Positions 18,879 to 28,404 of a DNA stretch of 64,000 nucleotides are shown in pieces; the first letter of the stretch is position 1; every line of letters begins with the position of its first letter. Below the pieces are notes generated by a model that saw only the letters and a program-made list of their open reading frames with translations, was not told where the DNA came from and did not search any database. Location: contig CAVVHE010000008.1 in NCBI GenBank assembly GCA_963748015.1, positions 1 to 64,000 on the forward strand, given 5' to 3'. The stretch comes from Terriglobia bacterium (GTDB taxonomy: Bacteria > Acidobacteriota > Polarisedimenticolia > Polarisedimenticolales > JAIQFR01). The translations under genes and the position numbers were made by a program.

Positions 18879-21508
18879 CGTGACCTCGCGGAGTTCTTGG
18901 CGGGAAGGAGCAGCGCGCGCCACCCGCCGGCGATGAGCACCGCCGTCGCGGTGACCGCGCGCGGCCAGTCCCACGGCTTCGGATACGCCAGGTAGCGCGG
19001 CTCCCACGCCGGATCGAACTTCTCCTTGAAGCGCCGGAGCCCCTGGTAGTTGTACCAGGACTCGCCGTAACGGAAGAAGACGTGCGCCAGCCGCTCGACC
19101 GGCCGCGCCCAGTGCAGCTCGCCGACCGCGGCGAGCGGGGCCATCCCGAGATTGAAGCGGGTGAAGCCGCGCTCCTTCTCGTGCAGCATCAGCTTGATGA
19201 AGAGGTAGTCCATCACGTCCTTGAGGGGCGCCGGCTCCCCCTCGGTCGCGCGATGGCGCATGAGATCCACCGACGCCTCCCCGGAGAGCGGCGCTTCGAG
19301 CACGTTCGCGAACGCGGCCACCGCCCCCTCCGCGTCCCGCACCAGCGCGCAGGGGAACCGGAGCAGGTAACCCTCGTCGAACCGCCCGATCGAGAACCGC
19401 TTCTCCGAGACCCCCTTGATCCGCAGCCACTCGTCCGACACGGCGCGGAGCTCCGGGAGGAGCTGTCGAAGGGCGTCCCCCTCGACGAGCTCGAAGCGGC
19501 CGCCGGCCTTCTCGACGCCGTTGACCGAATGGCGCCAGGTCTTCGCCTTGTTCCCCTTGAGGTCGAACCGCGCGAGGTCGACCACCGCCTCCTCGCCGAG
19601 CTTGAAGAACGTGAACCCGAGGTCGTGCGCCACCGGGAGGAGCGACGCCGAGAGCTGGTAGAGGATCGCGTCGCGATCGCCCGCGGCCGCCTCGTCGAGG
19701 AACGCCAGGAGGAGCTTGCGCTCCTCGCCGGCGGGGCAGACGGGGTCGGAGTAGGCCACGAGGAACCTACCGGCGGTGCGGTACGCGATGAAACCCGTCG
19801 GGGCGTCGCCGCCCGGCGCGGCTCGGAGCACCGCCTTGTCCCCGCACGCGACCAGCAGGGGGTTGGTGCTCCGCGACATGCGGCGGATGTCGTCCATCGC
19901 CCGCGCGATCCCCTCCTCGTCGGGAAGCGGATCGCGCGCGCCGGCGCGCTGCGCGAGGTGGAACGCGGCGGCGCCGGCCAGCGCGCCGAGGAGGAGAAGG
20001 CCGCGGAGGAATCGGCCCTCCTGGGCATGCAGGCCGAACCGCCCCAGCTCCACGTCGAAGTGTGACGGGGCCACGTAAGAGCCGAAGCCCAGCGCGGCGA
20101 ACAGCACGACGGCGAAGAGCCCCGCCGACACGACGAACTCCACCGATGCGTGGAGCCGGCCGGGCCGCGAGAACGGCTCGCGGAACACGACGAGGAGCGC
20201 CGCCGCCAGGAGCGCGATCAGCGCCTCCTCGAAGTCGAGGCCCTTCAAGAACGTCGTGAGCGCCCCGGCGACGAAGAGCGCCAGCGCGACCCGGTGGCTC
20301 GAGCGGTAGCCGCGGGCGAGGCCGCGCGAGACGACGAGCAGCATGAATCCCAGGAGCACCGAAGCCCCGTGGGACAGCTCGACCACCGCCAACGGGATCG
20401 TGCGGTTCAGGAACGCGAGACGCGCCGACAGCGCCGGGGTCGCTGCGCTCGCGAGGAGCACGACGCCGCAGAGGAAGGCGTACGAGGCCATGGCCGTGCG
20501 GATGAACGTCGCGCTCCACCGGCGCGTCGGAACGAGCCTCCCGGCGAGGACGAGCGTCGCGGCCGCCCAGGGCAGGACGTAGTACACGATGCGGTAGAGC
20601 AGCAGCGCCGCGACGATCCGGTCGTGACCGCCGGCCGCCCCCGCGAGCGAGTAGATCCAGAACGCGTCCGCGGAGCCCAGGCCGCCGGGCACGAAGCTCA
20701 GCAGCCCGACGAGCTGCCCGAGGAAGAACGCCCGGAGCGAGAGGCCGGCCGGGATCTCCCCGTGCACTGCGTAGAGCGCGACGTGGAAGACCGCCCACGC
20801 GAGGAGCCAGTCCACCGCGGCGACCGCGGCGGCCTCCCACGGACTCGCCTCCCACGCGCGCACCGACGGGGGCGCGACGCGCAGCTGGGGCAGCGCGCGG
20901 AGAACGGCGCCCGCCGCGACGGCGAGTGCCGCGGCCAGCGCCATCCGGACCCAGATCGCGTCGAGCCCCGCCGGCAGCGGCACCGCCACCGCCCCGCACC
21001 AGGCGAGGAGGCCGACGGAGAACGACGCGAGCACCGTTCCTAGCGCCGCGCGCGCTCGCACGCCTTCCACGCCGAGCGGCCGGTACAGCCAGAGCCGCAG
21101 GGCGGGCCCCGCGAGCGGGCCGACGGTGAGGAAGTTGCTCCAGGCGAAGCTCAGGACTCCCGCGATCCAGCGCGCGCCGACGCGCGGGCCCCGCGAGCGC
21201 GGCCCGAGCGCCGCGACGTCGTACAGCCCCGCGACCGCCAGGTTCACCGCGGTCAGCGCGAGAATGGCGAGCATCGTCGAGACCGGGGTCGAGCGGGCGA
21301 TTCGCCGAACGACCGTCAGGTCCACCCGCTGAAGCTCCTCCCAGCCGATCCAAGTCAGCGCCAGGAGGACGAGCCACGGCCAGGCCGCGCGGAGCCGCAG
21401 GAGGAGAGCGGAGAGCAGGATCCCGGACCGCTCCGACGAGGGGGCGATGTCCGGGGCCGGCTCGTCCGGCTCCCCGGCGGCCAGCCGGCCGGCGTCGTCC
21501 TCGCTCAA
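18875..21508 (-). CDS. mprF: Bifunctional aminoacyl-phosphatidylglycerol synthase/flippase
   Basis: Multi-TM N-terminus (VPGGLG, LLYRIVYYVLP, ELSHG); C-terminal synthase (FFKLGEEA, SVDLMR, FNLGMAPL, YNYQGLRRFKEKFDPAWEPRYL). Probable TTG start overlaps the upstream stop. Confidence 0.92.
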   Translation of the reverse strand: MSEDDAGRLAAGEPDEPAPDIAPSSERSGILLSALLLRLRAAWPWLVLLALTWIGWEELQRVDLTVVRRIARSTPVSTMLAILALTAVNLAVAGLYDVAALGPRSRGPRVGARWIAGVLSFAWSNFLTVGPLAGPALRLWLYRPLGVEGVRARAALGTVLASFSVGLLAWCGAVAVPLPAGLDAIWVRMALAAALAVAAGAVLRALPQLRVAPPSVRAWEASPWEAAAVAAVDWLLAWAVFHVALYAVHGEIPAGLSLRAFFLGQLVGLLSFVPGGLGSADAFWIYSLAGAAGGHDRIVAALLLYRIVYYVLPWAAATLVLAGRLVPTRRWSATFIRTAMASYAFLCGVVLLASAATPALSARLAFLNRTIPLAVVELSHGASVLLGFMLLVVSRGLARGYRSSHRVALALFVAGALTTFLKGLDFEEALIALLAAALLVVFREPFSRPGRLHASVEFVVSAGLFAVVLFAALGFGSYVAPSHFDVELGRFGLHAQEGRFLRGLLLLGALAGAAAFHLAQRAGARDPLPDEEGIARAMDDIRRMSRSTNPLLVACGDKAVLRAAPGGDAPTGFIAYRTAGRFLVAYSDPVCPAGEERKLLLAFLDEAAAGDRDAILYQLSASLLPVAHDLGFTFFKLGEEAVVDLARFDLKGNKAKTWRHSVNGVEKAGGRFELVEGDALRQLLPELRAVSDEWLRIKGVSEKRFSIGRFDEGYLLRFPCALVRDAEGAVAAFANVLEAPLSGEASVDLMRHRATEGEPAPLKDVMDYLFIKLMLHEKERGFTRFNLGMAPLAAVGELHWARPVERLAHVFFRYGESWYNYQGLRRFKEKFDPAWEPRYLAYPKPWDWPRAVTATAVLIAGGWRALLLPAKNSARSR

Positions 21509-22329
21509 GGCTCGCGTCTCCGGGACGCGCGCGCGGACTCGCTCGAGAGCCACTCGATCCCCTCGAGCAGCGCGGCGCGCGCTTCCGCCTCGTGTCCGCT
21601 GAAATGGTGTCCAGCTTCCGGTATCACGACGAGCTTCTTCGCTCCGCGGAACCGCTCGGCGAGCGCGGGCGCCGCGGAGACCTTGTCCTTCCCGCCGTGG
21701 AGGAACAGCACGGGGAAATTCTCGGCGCTCTCGAGAGCCGCCGCCACCGAGAAGACGTGGGTGGCCGGCTGGACGCCGAGTATCTCGCGGAGGCGGTACT
21801 CGAGGCTCCCGGTTTCGTCCGGTCCGATCAAGACGAGCCCCAGGAGTTTCTCGTCCCAGCCTCCGGCGCCCGCGACCCACGGCGCGAGATCGGCGCCGAA
21901 GGAGAACCCCGCGAGGACCACCGGCGCATCCGGTGCCGACCCCGCGGCGGCGGCCAGCGCCGCGGCGTAGGCGCGGAAGTCGGCCGAGAGAGCCCTCCGA
22001 TCGTCCTGGGGTTTCTGGAAGTACGGCTTGATGTCGACGCCGCCGACCCAGTATCCCGCGTCGCGCAGCCAGCCCGCGAGGACAAGGTCGAACTCGCGCC
22101 ACCCGCCCTCGCCGGAAACTAGGAGCACGAGCGGCCGGCGCGGGCCGCCCTCGGTCCGCCCGCCGGCAGGCGGGTAGACGATCAGCCGGAACTCGCCCCG
22201 GCTCGTCGCGACGGGGGCCGTCGCGGGAGCGTTCGCGTGCCCGCCGACGCTCCACGCGACCGCCGCGGTGATCAGGAGGACCGCGGCATGGAATAACCGG
22301 AGGCGGCGCGTCCGTCGGGCGTTGCCCAC
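21505..22329 (-). CDS. Single-domain VirJ/AcvB-like alpha/beta hydrolase
   Basis: AGGAGG RBS then GTG; LVSGEGGW, GFSFGAD, GHHFSG. Confidence 0.8.
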   Translation of the reverse strand: MGNARRTRRLRLFHAAVLLITAAVAWSVGGHANAPATAPVATSRGEFRLIVYPPAGGRTEGGPRRPLVLLVSGEGGWREFDLVLAGWLRDAGYWVGGVDIKPYFQKPQDDRRALSADFRAYAAALAAAAGSAPDAPVVLAGFSFGADLAPWVAGAGGWDEKLLGLVLIGPDETGSLEYRLREILGVQPATHVFSVAAALESAENFPVLFLHGGKDKVSAAPALAERFRGAKKLVVIPEAGHHFSGHEAEARAALLEGIEWLSSESARASRRREP

Positions 22330-22389
22330 GTGGGAGTCTCCTCCTGCGCTAACCTCGAGCCGCAATAGGTCCGGACGTTCATCCCTAGA

Positions 22390-22953
22390 CTAGGACGCCG
22401 CTCTGCGCTTCTGCCACCCCGCCAGCGCCCTGAGGCCCAGGACGACGGCGATCGCGACGAGAAGGCCGCCGAGGAGCCAGTACTCAACCCGTTTCACCTC
22501 ACCCATTATCAGCGCGGCGCTGCCGCTCACGAAGTACCCGAGGCAACCGAACGCGGCGGCCCAGAGGACGCAGCCGGCGAGGTCGAGCGCCAGGAATCGC
22601 GGAAAGCGCAGTCCGCGCACGGCCCACAGCAGCAGCGTCGGCACCCGCGTGCCGAATACGAACCGACACAACACGACCTGGGCGGCGCCCATCCGGTCGG
22701 CGACTCGCGCGATGCCCGGTCCCGCGCGGCGATAAAGTGCCGACTCGCTAACGCGCCCGGCCTGCCACCGTCCCGCCGCGAACCACGCGACGTCGGAGAC
22801 GAACGCGCCTGCGGCGCCGGCCAGGAGAGCCGCGGGGAATCCCAGGAACCCCAGGTGCGCCACGACCCCCGCGAGGAGCATCGTGACGTCTCCCTCGACG
22901 AGGGCTCCCAGGAACACGGCAACGAGGCCCCACCGCTCGATTAGAGCTTCCAT
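22390..22953 (-). CDS. DedA/VTT family membrane protein
   Basis: WGLVAVFLGALVEGD...GAFVSD...CRFVFGTR...RFLALDLAGCVLWA. Confidence 0.87.
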   Translation of the reverse strand: MEALIERWGLVAVFLGALVEGDVTMLLAGVVAHLGFLGFPAALLAGAAGAFVSDVAWFAAGRWQAGRVSESALYRRAGPGIARVADRMGAAQVVLCRFVFGTRVPTLLLWAVRGLRFPRFLALDLAGCVLWAAAFGCLGYFVSGSAALIMGEVKRVEYWLLGGLLVAIAVVLGLRALAGWQKRRAAS

Positions 22954-23016
22954 GACCGAGGCTAGGATTTCCCTCGCCGCGCCGCGCGTCAAGTGGCGCG
23001 AATCAGGCCGGTGGGT

Positions 23017-23292
23017 CTAATCCCGGGTCGACTCGACGGCGTCCTTGACCTGCGCCGCGTGCGCATCCGTCCGCTGCTTGACGTCCTTGAGGTCCGGGAG
23101 GCGCGACGGGCGGATGGAATCTCCCCCGGACGAGGCGGCGGTCGCCGCGGGGTCGCTTGGCGCATCGGAGGGTTTCGCCAGCGCCTGCGCGGCCGGCAGC
23201 GTGGACTTCAGCGCCCGGGTCGCCAGGAGGAGCACCACGGCGAGGACGACGACGAGCACGACGAAGCCGAAGCCGGAGCCCTGTCTTCGCAT
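23017..23292 (-). CDS. Small single-TM hypothetical protein
   Basis: MRRQGSGFGFVVLVVVLAVVLLLA followed by an Ala/Pro-rich linker and a helical tail; high GC3. Confidence 0.6.
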   Translation of the reverse strand: MRRQGSGFGFVVLVVVLAVVLLLATRALKSTLPAAQALAKPSDAPSDPAATAASSGGDSIRPSRLPDLKDVKQRTDAHAAQVKDAVESTRD

Positions 23293-23369
23293 GAGGAGAA
23301 GGTAGGTTCCCGGCCCGGCTCGGGCAAGAACGGCCCCCGGCCGCGACATCGGGCCGGCGCCGTGGCAAC

Positions 23370-24266
23370 ATGGCGACCGCGAGGGCGAGGAGCAAGATGA
23401 TCGTCGTCGGCATCCTGGCGTGGCTGGCGGTGTCGGGGGCGCACGCGCCCACCGCGCCCGACGCGGTCGAGGTGCGCCTCCACGAACGGATGGACCGGCT
23501 CCGTGCCGATGCCGGCGCGCCGGCGCTCGACCGCATGCCGGAGCTCGACGCCGCGGCGCGGGCCCGGGCGGCGGAGATCGCCGCGCTCCCGATGGCCAAA
23601 CGGCTCGACCGCAGGGACTCCGTCGAGGCGCTCCTCAGGAGCCGCGGTATCCGCAGAATCGAGCGCGCCGAGGCGCGCGTCGCGATCCTCGGCGGATACG
23701 AAGACCCGGCCGCGGAGGCGATCGTCCAGTGGTCGGAAGGCCCCGACTCGCGCCTCCTCGACCGGCGCTGGACCGCTGCGGGCGCCGGAGCCGCCCGGGC
23801 TCCCGACGGCGTCGTCGTGATCGTCGCGCTGCTCTTCCAGGAAGCCGCGGCTCCCCCGGACCTCCGGGCACTCGAACGCGAGGTCGAGCGGGCCGTGAAC
23901 GAGGAGCGGAAGGCGAGGGGCCTGCAGCCGCTCGCCTTCTCGGACGCGCTGCGCGCGATCGCTCGGGCCCACAGCGAGGACATGGCCCGGCGCGGCTACT
24001 TCGACCACGTGTCCCCCGAGGGGCTCGCTCCGGCGCAGCGGGTGCGAAAGCAGGGGCTCGAGTACCGGAAGGTCTCCGAGAACATCGCCAAGAGCCTCGG
24101 GCAGGAGGCGCCGGTCCGCTCGGCCGTGGACGGCTGGCTGGCGAGCCCCGGCCACTTCCGCAACATGACGGATCCGGAGGTGAGCCAGACCGGGGTGGGG
24201 ATCGCCTCCGACGAGGACGGCGCTCTCTACTTCACGCAGCTCTTCTTCGATCCGATGGCCCCATGA
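23370..24266 (+). CDS. Exported protein with tandem CAP (SCP-like) domains
   Basis: VNEER...ARAHSEDMARRGYFDH...SENI...WLASPGHFRNM...YFTQLF; degenerate first CAP copy. Confidence 0.85.
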   Translation: MATARARSKMIVVGILAWLAVSGAHAPTAPDAVEVRLHERMDRLRADAGAPALDRMPELDAAARARAAEIAALPMAKRLDRRDSVEALLRSRGIRRIERAEARVAILGGYEDPAAEAIVQWSEGPDSRLLDRRWTAAGAGAARAPDGVVVIVALLFQEAAAPPDLRALEREVERAVNEERKARGLQPLAFSDALRAIARAHSEDMARRGYFDHVSPEGLAPAQRVRKQGLEYRKVSENIAKSLGQEAPVRSAVDGWLASPGHFRNMTDPEVSQTGVGIASDEDGALYFTQLFFDPMAP

Positions 24267-25237
24267 CGCCGCCCGACACCGGCCGCGTGGTCCCGCGCGG
24301 GAGGTACGCGCCGAGCCCCACCGGCGACCTCCACCTCGGCAACGCCTCGACGGCGCTCCTCGCGTGGCTGTCCGTCCGGGCGAGGGGCGGCGCCTTCGTG
24401 ATCCGCATGGAAGACCTCGACGGGCCTCGCGTCGTGCCCGGCGCGGCGGAGCGGATCCTCGAGGATCTCGCGTGGCTCGGCCTCGACTGGGACGAGGGGC
24501 CCGACGTGGGAGGCCCGGGCGCGCCCTACGAGCAGTCGCTCCGGACGTCGCTCTACCGCGACGCGTTCGAGCGCCTGCGCGTCGAGGGGCGCGTCTACCC
24601 GTGCTTCTGCAGCCGGAAGGACATCGCGAGCGCCGCGAGCGCGCCCCAGGAGCCGGGAGACGAGGTCCGCTACCCCGGGTTCTGCCGCGCGCTCGACCCC
24701 GCCGAGGCCGCCCGGCGGATCGAGAGCGGTCGAGCGCACGCATGGCGCTTCCGCGTGGAAGGGAAGGACGCGCCCACATTCGACGACCTCGTCCGCGGGC
24801 GATGCGACGGCGTGGCGCCGGGCGATTTCGTGGTCCGGCGCGCGGACGGCACCCCCGCGTACCAGCTCGCCGTCGTCGTGGACGACGCCGCGATGGCGAT
24901 CACCGAGGTCGTCCGCGGCGACGACCTGCTTCCGTCCGCCGCGCGGCAGCTCCTGCTCTACCGGGCGCTCGGCCTCGACCCTCCCGCGTTCGGCCACGTG
25001 CCGCTGCTGCTCGGCCCCGACGGCGTGCGTCTCTCGAAGCGCCACGCGGGAACCGCGATCCGCGAGCTTCGCGAGGCGGGGCTCGCCGCGGAGCGGATCG
25101 TGGGGCGCCTCGCGCAGCTCCTCGGCCTGCGGCCGGCGCCGGTTCCCGTCCATCCGTCCGGCCTCGCGGCGTCGTTCTCGCTGGCCGAGCTTTCGCCGGC
25201 GCGGGACGGCATCACGGTCGATCTCCCTCACATGTAG
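24263..25237 (+). CDS. gluQ: Glutamyl-queuosine tRNA(Asp) synthetase
   Basis: GRYAPSPTGDLHLGN, RMEDLD, YPCFCSR, YQLAVVVDD, RGDDL, RLSKR; no anticodon-binding domain. Confidence 0.9.
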   Translation: MTPPDTGRVVPRGRYAPSPTGDLHLGNASTALLAWLSVRARGGAFVIRMEDLDGPRVVPGAAERILEDLAWLGLDWDEGPDVGGPGAPYEQSLRTSLYRDAFERLRVEGRVYPCFCSRKDIASAASAPQEPGDEVRYPGFCRALDPAEAARRIESGRAHAWRFRVEGKDAPTFDDLVRGRCDGVAPGDFVVRRADGTPAYQLAVVVDDAAMAITEVVRGDDLLPSAARQLLLYRALGLDPPAFGHVPLLLGPDGVRLSKRHAGTAIRELREAGLAAERIVGRLAQLLGLRPAPVPVHPSGLAASFSLAELSPARDGITVDLPHM

Positions 25238-25409
25238 CGCCGGCGCGCGCCGCCCCTCGCCTTCCCGATATCCGGCCTTCCCGCGGGGGGGCACACGGGA
25301 CCGTGCGGCGCCGGAGGGCGCGCCGCTTTTCGCCGAAAAACGGTAGAATGTCGCGAGAGCGGTGGCGACACCGGCGGCGTGCCGGAGAGCGGGAACGCGC
25401 CAGGAGCCG

Positions 25410-28205
25410 ATGGAGACCGAAGAGGAACGCGACAGGTCCCGCCCCGACTCGGACGGCATCCGCAAGCGGATTCGCCGGATCGCGAGCTTGGGGCCGGGCG
25501 GGTTGTTCGCCGGCCGGTACAAGGTCCTCGAGTCGCTCGGCTCGGGTGGGGCCGGGGAAGTCTACCGCGCCCTCGACACGACCGCCGGGATCGACGTCGC
25601 GCTGAAGATCCTGTATCCCGGCGCCGAACCGAGCCACGATCTCGAGCGGCTCCGCCGCGAGGTGCGGATCCTCCGGTCCCTGCGGCATCCCGGCATCGTG
25701 AAGATCTTCGACATCGGCGAGGTCGACGGGGTCCTCTACGCGGTGTCCGAACTGCTCGAGGGCGAGAGCCTCGCGGAGAGGCTCCGAAGGGACGGAGCGC
25801 TGCCGGCCGGCGAGGCCGAGCGGATCCTTCGCCGCGTTCTCGAGGCGCTTGCGACGGCCCACGCCGCCGGCGTGGTCCACAGGGACATCAAGCCGGCGAA
25901 CATCTTCCTCGCGAGCGGCGCGCGAGAAGAGGCCCGAAGCGTTCTCCTCCTCGACTTCGGTCTCGCGCGGTCCAGCGAGGACTCGAGCCTGACGGCGACC
26001 GGCCATTTCGTCGGCACGCCGGAGTACTGCGCGCCCGAGCAGGTGCGGGGCCGCACCGCGGTGTCCCCCGCGACCGACCTCTACGCGTGCGGGATCACGC
26101 TCTGGGCGATGCTCAGCGGCAAGCCGCCCTTCCGGGGAGACTCCCAGTTCGACGTCCTGAACGCGCACGTCAACGCGCCTCCACCGCCGGCGAAACGGGA
26201 GATGCCGCACGCGCCGCCACGCCTGCGGGCCTTCGCGCTGGCCTGTCTCGAGAAGACCGTGGCCGACCGCCCGCCGGACGCCGCCGAGGCGCTGCGGATG
26301 CTCGATACTCCCGTGTCCCTGTGGAAGCGGGGACGATTCCTGCGGTCCGCCGCGCGACGGTTCGCCCGTCGGAAGGGGGCGCTCGGCCTGCTCGCGGCGA
26401 TGTCCTTGGCCGCCCTGGCGGCGGTCGTTTATGCGGGGCTCTGGCTCCTGACGCCGATCGGCGTACGCCATCAGGGGAAGCAGGTACTCTGGAAGACGCG
26501 GAGCGGATGGGAGATCGCGAGCTCGCCGTTCGAGCAGCCGGTCGCGTCGATCCGGATGGTGGGGTCCTGGCTGGGTCCGTTCGGAAAGGCCTACGTCGGA
26601 GTGTGGAGCCAGGCCGTGGAGGGAAAGCCGTGGCGCGCGCATCCTCCCTTTCCGCCGATGCTCTACTTCACTAGGAATGTTCTGGCGGGGGCGAGGCCGG
26701 TCTTCTCGAGCGGGAGCGCGCGCGCGTTGGAGGAGGGGTTCTATCCGAATTTCGATCCCGCCTACGTTCCTTCCACGCTCCTCGACGTGCCCGGGGTCGC
26801 GCTGGGCGACGGTCCGCGCCTCGTCCTGGACGCCGTGCACGTGGTCTCGAGTCCCGCGAGACTCGTGGGGAGCGATGAAACCGGGAGGATCTGGTTCACC
26901 TACGATCACCCGGGCCTTCTGCCCCGACTCGCGACGCTCCCCAGAGAATCGGGACCGCCTCTCATCATCGCGGCAGGCACCAACTACCTGCTCGGACCCC
27001 GAAACGTGGTCGTCGCGCTACCGGCCGCAGAACTCCCCCCGGGCCAGGGTCCTCCCTACGTCGGACCCCACTTACGGGAGGAAACTTCGGCCTACTACCT
27101 GTTCCTGCCTCGCGTGACGCAGTTCGACACCCGTCTCCGCCTGGAGGGCGAGACCGGCGTGGTGGAGCTCGAGGGTCGCAGCCCGCTCCGATTTCATGCG
27201 GCCACCGGCATCCCGACCGAGGCCTCGGATCGCGGTGGACTTTCCGAGCAGGCGTGGGATGCGCGGCGTCGCCGGCTCCTCGAGGCGCTCTTCAAGGCGA
27301 GCGACCTGAGGGACGCCGGGCAGTCCGAGGCCGGTGCGCGGCTCCTGGAGGACTTCGCCGCGGAGCGCGTGGGATCACCGGAGCTGCTGTCGGTCGCCCT
27401 CTACCGGGCTGCGCGGATCCGCATGCGCCAGGCGGCAATGCCCGACGACCCGAGGGCGTCGCGAACGGCGATTCTCGAGCAGGCCCTCGACGACGTCGCC
27501 CGCGCAATCGCCATCGAGTCGCAGCCGCGCGTCCCGTCCCACTACCAGATCAACCAGGCCGATCTGCTGCTCCGGCTCGGCCGTGCGAGCGAGGCTCGCC
27601 GGATCCTGGACGACTGGATCACCGGTCCATCCGCCGCGGGAGATTACTACTACTCGTGGATGCTCCTGGAGTGGCGGGCCGGGGAGGACCCGCCGCTGTC
27701 CCGCGTGCTCGCGAGCCTCCCGGACGATAGCCGCTCCTCCTGGCCGCCGCTGATCCGGCTGGCGTACGCCGTCCATCGCGCGGATTACGCGACCGGCCGC
27801 GCAGAGGCCGAGAAGCTGAACGCGCGGCAGGTCCAGCTCGACACGCAGCACTACTGGGCGGCGCGGATCTACCTCGACGGCACGAACCCGGACCCGGCCG
27901 CCGCCCTCGCGCACCTGGACCGCGCGGAGGAGTCCTTCAAGACGGGATTCCAGCTGCCGCTGGTCGCAGCCAGCCTCCGCGCGAAGCTCCTGCTCGACCC
28001 GGCGCACCCGCCGGACGCGAGCGCCGTGGAGCGCGCCCGGCGCGATCTCGACTACACGGCGGAGTGCGCCGCGGCCAGCGTCGAGTGCCTCGCGATGCTC
28101 GAGTACGGCGAGCGCGACCTCGCGGCCGTGACCGCAGCGAACGCGCGGGCGCAGAAGGGGTCAGACATTACTGGCGTAACACGTTTCGCGGGCTGGCACC
28201 GCTAA
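25410..28205 (+). CDS. Hanks-type Ser/Thr protein kinase with TM segment and large extracytoplasmic/TPR-like region
   Basis: LGSGGAGEVY, VALK, HRDIKPANIF, DFGLA, GTPEYCAPEQ; TM GALGLLAAMSLAALAAVVYAGLWLL; AGGAG RBS before ATG 25410. Confidence 0.9.
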   Translation: METEEERDRSRPDSDGIRKRIRRIASLGPGGLFAGRYKVLESLGSGGAGEVYRALDTTAGIDVALKILYPGAEPSHDLERLRREVRILRSLRHPGIVKIFDIGEVDGVLYAVSELLEGESLAERLRRDGALPAGEAERILRRVLEALATAHAAGVVHRDIKPANIFLASGAREEARSVLLLDFGLARSSEDSSLTATGHFVGTPEYCAPEQVRGRTAVSPATDLYACGITLWAMLSGKPPFRGDSQFDVLNAHVNAPPPPAKREMPHAPPRLRAFALACLEKTVADRPPDAAEALRMLDTPVSLWKRGRFLRSAARRFARRKGALGLLAAMSLAALAAVVYAGLWLLTPIGVRHQGKQVLWKTRSGWEIASSPFEQPVASIRMVGSWLGPFGKAYVGVWSQAVEGKPWRAHPPFPPMLYFTRNVLAGARPVFSSGSARALEEGFYPNFDPAYVPSTLLDVPGVALGDGPRLVLDAVHVVSSPARLVGSDETGRIWFTYDHPGLLPRLATLPRESGPPLIIAAGTNYLLGPRNVVVALPAAELPPGQGPPYVGPHLREETSAYYLFLPRVTQFDTRLRLEGETGVVELEGRSPLRFHAATGIPTEASDRGGLSEQAWDARRRRLLEALFKASDLRDAGQSEAGARLLEDFAAERVGSPELLSVALYRAARIRMRQAAMPDDPRASRTAILEQALDDVARAIAIESQPRVPSHYQINQADLLLRLGRASEARRILDDWITGPSAAGDYYYSWMLLEWRAGEDPPLSRVLASLPDDSRSSWPPLIRLAYAVHRADYATGRAEAEKLNARQVQLDTQHYWAARIYLDGTNPDPAAALAHLDRAEESFKTGFQLPLVAASLRAKLLLDPAHPPDASAVERARRDLDYTAECAAASVECLAMLEYGERDLAAVTAANARAQKGSDITGVTRFAGWHR

Positions 28206-28404
28206 TTCGCTCTTTCAAAGCGACTTCCGTATTGCCGGCGCGAACCTGGCCCCACACCGTTTCCCGAAAAACGCTAACTGGCGATCTTTTCACTTCGAAC
28301 TGTAACGCTAGTAATGTCTGAGAATCATCTAGAAGGCCCCCTCCGCCGAGGGAGTACCGTAGGCCGGTACACACCCAAACCCTCGGTAAAAGGAGGAGGC
28401 CTGC

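Noticed and set aside
28157..28194. Tn3-family terminal IR (starts GGGGTC)
   Set aside because: Match to the other end spans only ~25 bp rather than 38, there is no 5-bp target duplication, and no Tn3 genes are present; REP/MITE-like is preferred.
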